This document shows, in pieces, positions 1-8,196 of a stretch of DNA of 64,000 bases. The DNA is from Klebsiella pneumoniae (GTDB taxonomy: Bacteria > Pseudomonadota > Gammaproteobacteria > Pseudomonadales > UBA5518). Under the pieces are notes generated by a model. That model was given only the letters and a program-made list of their open reading frames with translations. It searched no databases and was not told where the DNA came from. The stretch is from NCBI GenBank assembly GCA_945862145.1, contig CAMAXE010000002.1, positions 72,284 to 136,283 on the forward strand, given 5' to 3'. A program made the translations under genes and the position numbers. The number at the start of each line of letters is the position of its first letter. Position 1 is the first letter of the stretch.

Positions 1-274
1 CGCTACCGGCGATCAGGGCCTTTTCGTCGGCCGGGGCCTTTACGAGGCCGTAGGGGGCTTTCCCGAGCGACCGCTCATGGAGGACATAGCCATCTGCACC
101 CGGCTGCGCGCTCGCAAGGCGCCGCTTGCGTTGCCACAGATCCTCGAGTCCTCCGGTCGGCGCTGGGACAGTGCGGGCGCGCTGCACACTATCGCTCTCA
201 TGTGGAGACTGCGGCTTCGTTACCGTATGGGAGCCGATCCCCGCATCCTGCACCGTGATTACTATGGCCACTGA
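1..274 (+). CDS. Glycosyltransferase family 2, C-terminal fragment (gene begins left of the window)
   Basis: Frame 2 is open from the window edge to TGA at 272-274. The translation ..GDQGLFVGRGLYEAVGGFPERPLMEDIAICTRLR..SSGRRWDSAGALHTIALMWRLRLRY looks like the C-terminus of the GT2 subfamily usually paired with DUF2064 genes. The stop overlaps the next ATG (ATGGCCACTGA). Confidence 0.55.
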   Translation, partial: ATGDQGLFVGRGLYEAVGGFPERPLMEDIAICTRLRARKAPLALPQILESSGRRWDSAGALHTIALMWRLRLRYRMGADPRILHRDYYGH

Positions 275-992
275 GCGGCGTGGCTGCGTGCTGCAGTTTG
301 CCAAAGCTCCGGTGCCGGGCCGCGCCAAGACACGCCTTCAGCCTGCACTTGGTCCCGAGGGTGCCGCGCTACTCGCCGAGCATCTGCTGCGGGATGTAGC
401 ACGCTGTCTGGCCGCGGTTCCCGCGGGGTGGGATCCGGTGCTCTGCGTTGATGATCCCGGGCACCCGTTTTTCCGGCATCTGGTTCACGGCAAGGGCCCT
501 GGCCCGCTGCCTCAGGGGGACGGGTCCCTTGGGGACCGCATGCGTCGTGCTTGCGTCCGGATGCTTGGTGATTACCCCGCGGTGGTGCTGGTGGGCAGCG
601 ATTGCCCGGGATACGACGCCGGCTATCTCGGCATGGCGTGTCGCCTGCTCGAGGAGGGCACACCCGCCGTGCTTGGGCCGGCTATCGACGGGGGCTATGT
701 ATTGATTGGCCTGCGCGCGTTCCCCGAAGGCCTGATGGAGGGCATTGCCTGGGGTGGAGCCGATGTGGCGCGGGATCAGCGCGCGAGATTTCTCGCCTGC
801 GGGCTGCGCTGGAGCGAGTTGCCCCCGCGCGCCGACGTAGACCGCGCGGGAGACCTGTGGATGCTGGAAGACGGCCCGTGGATGCGCTCAGGCGAGCGTG
901 ATGGGGCGGTTGTCAGTTTGGTCTCGAGTGCGCCCGGAGCGATCGTAGACGCCCGTGGCCTCGCTTCCCTGGCCGCGCAAGAGAGCCAGTAA
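264..992 (+). CDS. DUF2064-family (nucleotidyltransferase-fold) protein
   Basis: Re-called from ORF 126..992 to the internal ATG at 264, which overlaps the upstream stop. The N-terminus CVLQFAKAPVPGRAKTRLQPALGPEGAALLAEHLL is the typical DUF2064 signature (xxFAKAPxPGxVKTRL). The last ~35 codons overlap flgN on the other strand, so the true 3' end is uncertain. Confidence 0.7.
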   Translation: MATERRGCVLQFAKAPVPGRAKTRLQPALGPEGAALLAEHLLRDVARCLAAVPAGWDPVLCVDDPGHPFFRHLVHGKGPGPLPQGDGSLGDRMRRACVRMLGDYPAVVLVGSDCPGYDAGYLGMACRLLEEGTPAVLGPAIDGGYVLIGLRAFPEGLMEGIAWGGADVARDQRARFLACGLRWSELPPRADVDRAGDLWMLEDGPWMRSGERDGAVVSLVSSAPGAIVDARGLASLAAQESQ

Positions 993-1358
993 GCGCTGCG
1001 TGCCATGCCGGGCCCTGCTGACGATCTTCTCGGTGGTGGCAGTGGTTTCGGCAAGCTCCCGCAATTTGACCGCAAGCCCTTTCCACTCAACCAGAAGGCT
1101 GGGGTCGGCGGCCGTCAAAAGACGATTCCACTCGCGTAAGCCACTCTGCGCGGTAAGCGCCTTACGCTCGCGTTCGAGAGCATCCAGCGCCTTCAGGCAC
1201 TCGAGTTTTTTGTGTACAGCCGTGTTGATGGCGGACAGATCGCGCGTGGCGAGCGCCTGCTGCTCTTCTGCGAGCAGCTGCTGCAGCAGGGCGATGGACT
1301 CGATGTCCCTGGCGATGATGGAGCGCGCGCGCTCCTGAATATCTGGACGGATTCCCAT
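888..1358 (-). CDS. flgN: Flagellar export chaperone FlgN
   Basis: Re-called to the ATG at 1358 (MGIRPDIQERARS..), which has an AGGGGTGA SD-like sequence upstream. It is a helical ~157-aa protein directly downstream of flgM (flgM-flgN synteny). The SIALLQQLLAEEQQALATRDL..LKALDALERERKAL pattern is FlgN-like. Confidence 0.7.
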   Translation of the reverse strand: MGIRPDIQERARSIIARDIESIALLQQLLAEEQQALATRDLSAINTAVHKKLECLKALDALERERKALTAQSGLREWNRLLTAADPSLLVEWKGLAVKLRELAETTATTEKIVSRARHGTQRLLALLRGQGSEATGVYDRSGRTRDQTDNRPITLA

Positions 1359-1426
1359 GTGATCACCCCTGCGCTTGTTGCCACGGCGTGAACCGCGGGT
1401 CCGTATTCCGACCAATGCGGCCGGGA

Positions 1427-1735
1427 TTACGGGTTGTCGGCGTCGATCAGCTTGCGGGCGATACGCTCGGGGTCGATGACGTAGTCGCCGCGCGCGAGTG
1501 CATCCTTGATGCCCTTGACGCGGCTTTCGTCGACTGCGGGTTCGGCGGCGAGTTTGGCCGCTGCGGTGCGGATTACATCCGCTAGACCGCTCAATGCCAC
1601 CGTGTCGTCGCGGGCCGGCCCCGTACCCCGGGCGGAGGATGCCTCCGCTTGGCGATCGGGACGTACGTCCGCTGCTTGCCCTTCACGGGTGCTGGCGGTT
1701 TCGCGCGTGTTGTAGCCCTTGATGTCCGAAACCAT
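1427..1735 (-). CDS. flgM: Anti-sigma-28 factor FlgM
   Basis: 102 aa. The C-terminal VDESRVKGIKDALARGDYVIDPERIARKLIDAD matches the conserved FlgM sigma28-binding region. It sits in the flgA-flgM-flgN arrangement. Confidence 0.85.
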   Translation of the reverse strand: MVSDIKGYNTRETASTREGQAADVRPDRQAEASSARGTGPARDDTVALSGLADVIRTAAAKLAAEPAVDESRVKGIKDALARGDYVIDPERIARKLIDADNP

Positions 1736-1790
1736 TTTTTGCCTTGCGTATCGCTCTTGCTGCTCTGCCTATACGGAATGACCGAATTGT

Positions 1791-1817
1791 GTATCGGCAC
1801 CCCATTCTAGAACTTTA
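1791..1817 (-). promoter_or_regulatory. Sigma28 (FliA)-type promoter upstream of flgM
   Basis: The minus strand reads TAAAGTTC-N11-GCCGATAC, against the consensus TAAAGTTT-N11-GCCGATAA. It lies between the flgA stop (1838) and the flgM ATG (1735), giving a leader of about 50 nt. Confidence 0.6.
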
Positions 1818-1837
1818 GGGCTTCCCCGAGAGAAATT

Positions 1838-2605
1838 TCAGGTCGCCTCACCCCGGCCCGCTCCCGTCACCACGGCCTCTACCACCCGCTTTGACTGAAT
1901 GTTACGCACCGGGATGCGCTCGCCAAGACGTCCGTCGCGCAGGGCCTCGCCCACCGCGCTCACGTTGATACCTCCGGCGCGCACGCTCACCTGGATCCGG
2001 TCGCCCCTGCGGACTAGCAGCGGGGGCTCCACGGCTCCGGCGTTGAGCATCGCGTTTATCGGGACATTCCGCCGCAAGCTGAAACCGACGGCATCTTCAA
2101 GATTCATCAAGGCGCCCGCCCCGGTGGCGAGGACGTTGCGCTCCTCCAGCCTGAGGTCGCTTGCACCTATCGTTTGTCCGCGCTCCATGGCCCGGTTACT
2201 TACCACCACGTCGCGGAAGACGCGAACCTCGATGGGTACATAAAGGCTCCAGGGGGCGGGTGCGGCGCAGCTGACGCGCGCGTTGTACCGCCCCGATCCT
2301 CGCGCAAGATCGACTTGCACCTGTGGCGTCAGCGCGCAGGCTGCGAGACGCAGCCGGGAATCTATCGAGCCTGCCTCGACCTCTGTTCGATTGGCGCCCC
2401 GGGCGATATCGGCGTCCGGCAACTGCTGTTCGACCGCGGCCACCGCCAGCGAGCGCAGGGCCTCTGCGCCGATGGTGTTGTCCTGGGCATTTGCCCCATG
2501 TGCAAGGACGCCTGCCGCCAAGCCGGCAAGCAGCAGCCGCGCGTACTTCCGCGGGCTTTCTGCCGGTGGGCGGGTTGTCGGGTTTCTGTCAGTCGCGTTG
2601 TTCAT
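1838..2605 (-). CDS. flgA: Flagellar basal-body P-ring formation chaperone FlgA
   Basis: 255 aa with a signal peptide (RLLLAGLAAGVLAHGANAQ). The C-terminal LLVRRGDRIQVSVRAGGINVSAVGEALRDGRLGERIPVRN is the SAF/FlgA signature. It is divergent from flgB. Confidence 0.85.
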   Translation of the reverse strand: MNNATDRNPTTRPPAESPRKYARLLLAGLAAGVLAHGANAQDNTIGAEALRSLAVAAVEQQLPDADIARGANRTEVEAGSIDSRLRLAACALTPQVQVDLARGSGRYNARVSCAAPAPWSLYVPIEVRVFRDVVVSNRAMERGQTIGASDLRLEERNVLATGAGALMNLEDAVGFSLRRNVPINAMLNAGAVEPPLLVRRGDRIQVSVRAGGINVSAVGEALRDGRLGERIPVRNIQSKRVVEAVVTGAGRGEAT

Positions 2606-2616
2606 ACGAGGCTCGT

Positions 2617-2632
2617 AGCAATTCGCTTGCCA
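2617..2632 (-). promoter_or_regulatory. Sigma54-like -24/-12 element immediately upstream of flgA (geometry problematic)
   Basis: The minus strand reads TGGCAA-GCGAA-TTGCT (GG-N10-GC). The predicted +1 falls about 1 nt before the flgA ATG, so the mRNA would be essentially leaderless. This may be a chance match. Confidence 0.25.
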
Positions 2633-2665
2633 GTTACTTCATCTGCCTGTGCGACCGGGTTACCC

Positions 2666-2676
2666 GGGGGGGGGGG
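2666..2676. repeat. Homopolymeric G11 tract (C11 on the minus strand) in the flgA-flgB intergenic region
   Basis: Read directly: ..ttaccc GGGGGGGGGGG tggcgg... Confirmed by the GGGGGGG run in the ORF-track translation of 2174..2839. Confidence 0.95.
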
Positions 2677-2755
2677 TGGCGGCGGCGTCCGGCGGCAGCG
2701 GCAAGACCGGAAACGAATTGCCGCCGCATCCCGGGTTCGGGCTTTATGTTTTGAG

Positions 2756-2784
2756 CAACGCATTGAAAAACAAGCAAATGCGTT
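2756..2784. promoter_or_regulatory. Perfect 8-bp inverted repeat AACGCATT-N12-AATGCGTT abutting the flgB -24 element; the left arm also resembles an IHF site
   Basis: The arms are at 2757-2764 and 2777-2784. The minus strand of 2756-2768 reads TTTCAATGCGTTG, against the IHF consensus WATCAANNNNTTR (1 mismatch), preceded by a T-run. Confidence 0.3.
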
Positions 2785-2787
2785 CTC

Positions 2788-2803
2788 TGGCACATGTGTT
2801 GCT
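2788..2803 (+). promoter_or_regulatory. Sigma54 promoter of the flgB operon
   Basis: TGGCAC-ATGTG-TTGCT is an exact match to the TGGCAC-N5-TTGCW consensus. It lies about 55 nt upstream of the flgB ATG (2858), which has a GGAGG SD. Confidence 0.7.
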
Positions 2804-2857
2804 TCGTCTGGCTCGAGGGCGTTTGTTGCGCCTTCGTGAATCGGGAGGACCCCCAAC

Positions 2858-3256
2858 ATGGCCATCAGCTTCGACAGCGCGCTCGGCGTACATGAGAAGG
2901 CTCTTCTCATACGCGAACGCCGTGCCGAGTTGCTCGCCAACAATCTGGCGAACGTTGACACACCCAACTTCAAGGCCCGGGACCTCGACTTCAAGTCGAT
3001 GGTGCGGGAGGCGATCGATGCTGGCGGCAGCGCCGGGATGCGCCGCACCGAGGCGGGACACCAGGGGCTATCCGGTCTCAATGACGAAGGGTCTCTGCTT
3101 TATCGCGTGCCGATGCAGCCTTCGCTGGACGGCAACACGGTCGACGAGAACATGGAGATGTCGAATTTCTCCCGTAACGCGCTCGACTTCCAGGCGAGCC
3201 TCACTTTCCTCCAATCCAGCCTGCGCGGACTGAAGACCGCGCTTCGGGGTGAATGA
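2858..3256 (+). CDS. flgB: Flagellar basal-body rod protein FlgB
   Basis: 132 aa. RAELLANNLANVDTPNFKARDLDF is the rod-protein N-terminal motif. First gene of the flgBCDEFGHIJKL order. Confidence 0.92.
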   Translation: MAISFDSALGVHEKALLIRERRAELLANNLANVDTPNFKARDLDFKSMVREAIDAGGSAGMRRTEAGHQGLSGLNDEGSLLYRVPMQPSLDGNTVDENMEMSNFSRNALDFQASLTFLQSSLRGLKTALRGE

Positions 3257-3693
3257 TGTCCATCAACGCGATTTTTGATGTTGCCGGCAGCGCGATGAGC
3301 GCGCAGAGCGTCCGGCTGAATACGGTGGCCAGCAACCTGGCCAATGCCCAGTCTGCCAGCAGCAGCGTTGGCGGGACCTACCGTGCCCGGCACCCGATCT
3401 TTGCCCCGATTCACGACGCCGCCATGAATGGTGAGTCCGGGTTCGGTGCCGATGATGGTGCGTCCGCCGGCGTGCAGGTCCTCGGCGTGGTCGAGAGCCA
3501 GGCGCCCCTGGAGCCCCGCTACGAGCCGAGTCACCCGCTCGCCGATGAGAAGGGCTACGTCTATTACCCGAACGTGAACGTGGTCGAGGAGATGGCCGAC
3601 ATGATCTCCGCCTCGCGTTCATTCCAGATCAACGTGCAGATCGCCGAAGCCGCCAAGACGCTCTCCCAGCGCGTCCTGGCGCTCGGACAGTAA
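3253..3693 (+). CDS. flgC: Flagellar basal-body rod protein FlgC
   Basis: 146 aa. Motifs: SAMSAQSVRLNTVASNLANAQS.. and C-terminal EEMADMISASRSFQINVQ. There is a 4-nt overlap with flgB. Confidence 0.93.
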   Translation: MMSINAIFDVAGSAMSAQSVRLNTVASNLANAQSASSSVGGTYRARHPIFAPIHDAAMNGESGFGADDGASAGVQVLGVVESQAPLEPRYEPSHPLADEKGYVYYPNVNVVEEMADMISASRSFQINVQIAEAAKTLSQRVLALGQ

Positions 3694-3715
3694 CGGCCCC
3701 GGGAGTAGAGCCACC

Positions 3716-4393
3716 ATGCAGGAAATCAACGGATTCAAAGTAAGCGACAGCGTGTTCGACTCGCTGTCGTTCAAGAAGGAGGCACCCAAAAAAGGTGACT
3801 CCCTGGACCAGAGCGACTTCCTGACATTGCTCATGGCGCAGCTCAAGAATCAGGACCCTTTGAACCCCCAGGAAGCCACGGAGTTCACCGCCCAACTTGC
3901 GCAGTTCAGTACGGTGCAGGGGGTGCAGGACCTGAACACGAACTTCCAGAGCATGACCAACAGCCTCAAATCCAGCCAGGCACTGCAGGCCTCGGCGCTG
4001 GTCGGGCACACGGTGTTTGTCGATTCGCACACGGCGCGGCTCACCAACAGCGGTGAAATCCTGGGCTCCATCACCGTTGACAAGCCCACCGACGACACGC
4101 TGCTCAACATCTACGACTCGCGTGGTTTGTTGGTCCGGCAGGAACTGCTCGGTGCACAGGACCCCGGCGAGATCCGTTTCGCCTGGGACGGTCGCACGGA
4201 TGCCGGTGAATCCGTTCCGCCCGGCGTTTATCGATTTGAGGCCCTTGGACGTGTCGACGGCGAGAACGTGGGTCTCAAGACCACGCTCGGTGCCAACGTG
4301 AACAGCGTGACCATCGGGGCAGCAGGCGAACTCACGCTGAACGTGGACGGTGTCGGGCCAAAGCAGATCTCCGACATCAAGGAAATTCTCTGA
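3716..4393 (+). CDS. flgD: Flagellar hook capping/assembly protein FlgD
   Basis: 225 aa. LDQSDFLTLLMAQLKNQDPLNPQEATEFTAQLAQFSTVQG is the FlgD signature. Confidence 0.92.
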   Translation: MQEINGFKVSDSVFDSLSFKKEAPKKGDSLDQSDFLTLLMAQLKNQDPLNPQEATEFTAQLAQFSTVQGVQDLNTNFQSMTNSLKSSQALQASALVGHTVFVDSHTARLTNSGEILGSITVDKPTDDTLLNIYDSRGLLVRQELLGAQDPGEIRFAWDGRTDAGESVPPGVYRFEALGRVDGENVGLKTTLGANVNSVTIGAAGELTLNVDGVGPKQISDIKEIL

Positions 4394-4443
4394 CGTTTTT
4401 TTTCTGATCATCACTTCATACCGATCTTCAAAGGAGCACTGAC

Positions 4444-5859
4444 ATGTCATTCCAGACCGGCTTGAGCGGCCTTCGCGCCGCCACCTCTGACCTCAATATC
4501 ACGGCGAACAACATCGCCAACGCAAGCACGACGGGTTTCAAGCAATCGCGTGCGGAATTCAATGATGTCTATACAGCGAGCCTCGCCGAGTCCGGCTCGC
4601 GCACTATCGGCTCTGGTGTGGGGCTTAGCCGCGTGGCGCAACAGTTCACGCAGGGGACGATCTCCAACACCCGTCGCCCGTTGGATCTGGCAATCAACGG
4701 CCGCGGTTTTTTCGTGCTCGACAATGATGGTGCACGCAGTTACACCCGAGCTGGCATATTCGGTATCGACAAGGAAGGCGTGATCCGCAGTAACTCCGGT
4801 GCCGCACTGGTGGGCTACGCCGCCGATGACCAGGGCAATATCGATGTGGGTAACGAAAAGGCGCTTCGCGTCGAGGCATTCAACCTGCCGCCGCGCAGAA
4901 CTTCCCAGGTCTCGCTCGGCTTCAACCTCGATGCCAGCAAAGCGGCTCCGGATGCGACCGAGTTCCCGACCTTCGATCCCGCCGATCAGCGCACTTTCAA
5001 CCATGCCTCCTCGCTGACGGTCTATGACTCAGAGGGCTTGCCACACGTAGCGACGCTCTATTACCGCAAGGATCAGCCCGATCCTGCGATCGAATCTGGC
5101 TTGAACAACGACTGGTTCGTCTGGGTTGCCATTGATGGCACCCTGGTCAACCAGAATCCGGCCAACGTGGGAAGTACGCCGTCTGCGGTTGCCCCGCTTG
5201 ACCCTAACGGCGATGACACGGCATTCCGCATCAGCTTCAACACGGATGGCTCCCTCGACACCACGCCGCTGGCCGGCTTCACCACCGAACTGGTTGTCGA
5301 CGACTGGGTTCCTGCCAACCAAATCCAGGCTAACTTCGGCTCTAACGCGGAGCCCGATGGGCCCAACGGCGGCGCCGTGACGCCGGTGTTCAACGGCACA
5401 GTCGATACCGGCTTTTCGGATTTCAAGATTGATATCGCAGGCTCCACGCAGTTTGGCGACGACTTCAATCTGGCGTCCTTGAAGCAGGATGGATACGGGC
5501 CCGGTCAGCTCGTCGGGACCGAGGTGGCGGAGAACGGTACTATTTTCGCCCGCTACACCAACGGCCAGTCGCTGGTGCTGGGGCAAGTGTTACTCGCGGA
5601 TTTCCCCAGTCAGCAGGGACTCACTCCGCTTGGTAACACGGCATGGAGTGAGTCTTTTGACTCGGGGCAACCGATTCCCGGTATCGCTGGCGCCGGTGCC
5701 TTCGGTTCGCTGCAGTCGGGTGCCCTGGAGGATTCCAACGTGGATCTCTCCGAGGAACTGGTGGATCTCATCGTGGCGCAGCGCAACTTCCAGGCAAACG
5801 CCAAGACCATCGAGACCAATACCGCCATCACGCAGACCATCATCAATCTGCGCTCCTGA
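4444..5859 (+). CDS. flgE: Flagellar hook protein FlgE
   Basis: 471 aa. N-terminus MSFQTGLSGLRAATSDLNITANNIANASTTGFK and C-terminus SNVDLSEELVDLIVAQRNFQANAKTIET. Confidence 0.93.
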   Translation: MSFQTGLSGLRAATSDLNITANNIANASTTGFKQSRAEFNDVYTASLAESGSRTIGSGVGLSRVAQQFTQGTISNTRRPLDLAINGRGFFVLDNDGARSYTRAGIFGIDKEGVIRSNSGAALVGYAADDQGNIDVGNEKALRVEAFNLPPRRTSQVSLGFNLDASKAAPDATEFPTFDPADQRTFNHASSLTVYDSEGLPHVATLYYRKDQPDPAIESGLNNDWFVWVAIDGTLVNQNPANVGSTPSAVAPLDPNGDDTAFRISFNTDGSLDTTPLAGFTTELVVDDWVPANQIQANFGSNAEPDGPNGGAVTPVFNGTVDTGFSDFKIDIAGSTQFGDDFNLASLKQDGYGPGQLVGTEVAENGTIFARYTNGQSLVLGQVLLADFPSQQGLTPLGNTAWSESFDSGQPIPGIAGAGAFGSLQSGALEDSNVDLSEELVDLIVAQRNFQANAKTIETNTAITQTIINLRS

Positions 5860-5921
5860 GCCTGAGCGTTCGATGGGCGGCCTGAGGGTCGTCCATCGGC
5901 GCGATACACGCGGGAAACACC

Positions 5922-6665
5922 ATGGACAAGGCGCTCTATACCAGCATGACCGGCGCGAAGAACAACACCCTCGCGCAGGCGGTGCATGCAAACAACCTCG
6001 CCAATGTGGGCACCGACGGTTTTCGTCGCGACTTCGTTGCCGCGCGCAGCATGGGCATCTGGTATGGCGATGGGCTCCCCACGCGGGCGCACGCGCTCGC
6101 CGAAAGCCCGGCCACTGACTTCCAGATCGGGCAGTTGCGCGAGACAGGCAGGGATCTGGATGTGGCGGTTCGCGGCCGGGGCTGGATAGCCGTCGTGGCT
6201 CCGGATGGCCGCGAAGCCTACACCCGAGCCGGCAGCCTGCAGATCACGGCGCTGGGTCAGCTGCAGACCGGCAACGGCTTGCCGGTGGCTGGCAATGGTG
6301 GTCCGATCGCCATCCCAGAGTCACAGAAGATCGATATCGGCGGCGATGGCACCATCACTGTGCGCCCGCGCGGACAAGGCTCGGAGGCGCTCGTGCAGGT
6401 GGATCGCATCCGTCTGGTCGATCCGCCCGAAGATCAGCTGGTGAAGGGGCCCGACGGCCTCATGTACATGAAGGATGGCAGCAGGGCGCCAGTGGCGCCG
6501 CGGGTCGAAGTGGCTTCGGGCTTCATCGAAAGCAGCAACGTCAATGCCGTCGAGGCGCTGACAGAACTCCTCTCTCTCGCGCGTCAGTACGAGACGCAGG
6601 TCAAGCTCATGCACAACGTCGATGAGAACAGTCAGGCCGCGGCACGGCTATTGCAAGTTTCGTGA
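5922..6665 (+). CDS. flgF: Flagellar basal-body rod protein FlgF
   Basis: 247 aa. MDKALYTSMTGAKNNTLAQAVHANNLANVGTDGFRRDF and the C-terminal SNVNAVEALTELLSLARQYE. Confidence 0.92.
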   Translation: MDKALYTSMTGAKNNTLAQAVHANNLANVGTDGFRRDFVAARSMGIWYGDGLPTRAHALAESPATDFQIGQLRETGRDLDVAVRGRGWIAVVAPDGREAYTRAGSLQITALGQLQTGNGLPVAGNGGPIAIPESQKIDIGGDGTITVRPRGQGSEALVQVDRIRLVDPPEDQLVKGPDGLMYMKDGSRAPVAPRVEVASGFIESSNVNAVEALTELLSLARQYETQVKLMHNVDENSQAAARLLQVS

Positions 6666-6699
6666 TGCGCGTCAGCGCCACATCAGGGAGTAGACGGAC

Positions 6700-7485
6700 A
6701 TGATGAACGCACTGTGGGTGAGCAAGACAGGGCTTAGCGCCCAGGACACCCAACTCTCCACCATATCGAACAACCTTGCCAACGTGGCGACGGTGGGTTT
6801 CAAGCGCGACCGGGTGAACTTCGAGGATCTGCTGTATCAGATTCGTCGCCAGCCCGGCGCGCAGTCCTCCGAGAACAACCAGCTGCCCTCGGGTCTGCAG
6901 ATCGGTACCGGTGTGCGTGTGGTCTCGACCCAGAAGGAATTTACTGAAGGCAGCCTGCAGATCACGGACAACGCACTCGATGTCGCTATCAACGGACGCG
7001 GCTTTTTCGAGGTGCTGTTGCCCGATGGCACCACCGCCTACACCCGCAACGGCGAGTTCCAACTGAGCCGTGACGGCGAAGTGGTCAATTCCGATGGTCT
7101 GGTAATTCAGCCTGCCATCACCGTACCTGAGGGCGCACGCTCCGTGACGATCGGCAAGGACGGCACGGTGAGCGTCGTGCTCCCCGGCGAAGCCGCAGCC
7201 CAGCAGATCGGTCAGTTAACCACCACGGATTTCGTGAACCCCGCGGGCCTCGAGGCCATGGGTGGCAACCTCTTCCTCGAAACCACGGCGTCCGGCAGCC
7301 CTACCAACGGAACCCCCGGGCTGGACGGACTTGGCACCCTGGTGCAGGGCTCGCTCGAGAACTCGAACGTCCAGGTGGTGGAGGAACTGGTGAACATGAT
7401 CACCACCCAGCGCGCCTACGAGATGAACGCCAAGGTCATCTCGACCAGCGACCAGATGCTCGGCTACATCACGCAGAACCTCTGA
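6700..7485 (+). CDS. flgG: Flagellar distal rod protein FlgG
   Basis: 261 aa. ALWVSKTGLSAQDTQLSTISNNLANVATVGFKRDR and C-terminal NSNVQVVEELVNMITTQRAYEMNAKVI. Confidence 0.95.
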   Translation: MMNALWVSKTGLSAQDTQLSTISNNLANVATVGFKRDRVNFEDLLYQIRRQPGAQSSENNQLPSGLQIGTGVRVVSTQKEFTEGSLQITDNALDVAINGRGFFEVLLPDGTTAYTRNGEFQLSRDGEVVNSDGLVIQPAITVPEGARSVTIGKDGTVSVVLPGEAAAQQIGQLTTTDFVNPAGLEAMGGNLFLETTASGSPTNGTPGLDGLGTLVQGSLENSNVQVVEELVNMITTQRAYEMNAKVISTSDQMLGYITQNL

Positions 7486-7500
7486 ACAGGTATCGCCAGC

Positions 7501-8196
7501 ATGATCCACCTTAGCCTGAAGATGATCCGCCTCGTGCTGCCTGTCTGCGTGCTCGCGCTTGCGGCTTGCGCACGTCTGCCGATCGAGGAATCCCCTGGCG
7601 ATCCCGACTACGCGCCACTGTCTGCGACATCGCCGGTGCCGGATTTCCGCAGCGCCGGTGCCATCCAGTACGCACGTTTCGGCAGTTCGCTGTTCTCGGA
7701 TCGTCGGGCCACGCAGGTGGGCGACATCATTACGATCCGTCTCTCCGAGCGTACGCAGGCGAGCAAAGACGCAGGAACGGCGATCAAGAAAGACCAAGAC
7801 ATCCAGATGAACGAGGCCCTGATTCTGGGCGATTCGGTTGGCCTTGGCGATCATAGCCTCGGCACTGACATCGCGCAGAACCGCGATTTCCAGGGGCAGT
7901 CCGAGAGCTCCCAGAGCAACAGCCTTACCGGCTCCATATCGGTGAGCGTGATCGAGGCGCTTCCAAACGGGTTGCTCCGCGTGCGCGGTGAAAAGTGGCT
8001 GCAGCTAAATCGCGGCAGCGAGTTCATCCGCCTGAGCGGCATGCTGCGCCAGGAGGACGTCGCGCCGGATAACTCGGTGGCCTCCACCAAGTTGGCCGAT
8101 GTGCGCATCAGCTACAGCGGCACGGGTGAGTTGGCGGCCGCGAACAACATGGGCTGGCTTGGCAAATTCTTCAACAGCGGATGGTGGCCCCTGTGA
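7501..8196 (+). CDS. flgH: Flagellar L-ring lipoprotein FlgH
   Basis: 231 aa. It has a lipobox (VLALAAC) and the [16 protein letters not shown] and [18 protein letters not shown] motifs. Confidence 0.93.
   Translation: MIHLSLKMIRLVLPVCVLALAACARLPIEESPGDPDYAPLSATSPVPDFRSAGAIQYARFGSSLFSDRRATQVGDIITIRLSERTQASKDAGTAIKKDQDIQMNEALILGDSVGLGDHSLGTDIAQNRDFQGQSESSQSNSLTGSISVSVIEALPNGLLRVRGEKWLQLNRGSEFIRLSGMLRQEDVAPDNSVASTKLADVRISYSGTGELAAANNMGWLGKFFNSGWWPL

Noticed and set aside
1-249. Minus-strand ORF open to the left window edge (..DGYVLHERSLGKAPYGLVKAPADEKALIAGS).
   Set aside because: The plus-strand frame over the same bases gives a clearly recognisable GT2 C-terminus whose stop is coupled to the DUF2064 start. 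The minus-strand reading is its shadow.
4396-4403. T8 run right after flgD, considered as an intrinsic terminator.
   Set aside because: No GC-rich hairpin precedes it, and flgE follows 40 nt later within what is normally one operon.
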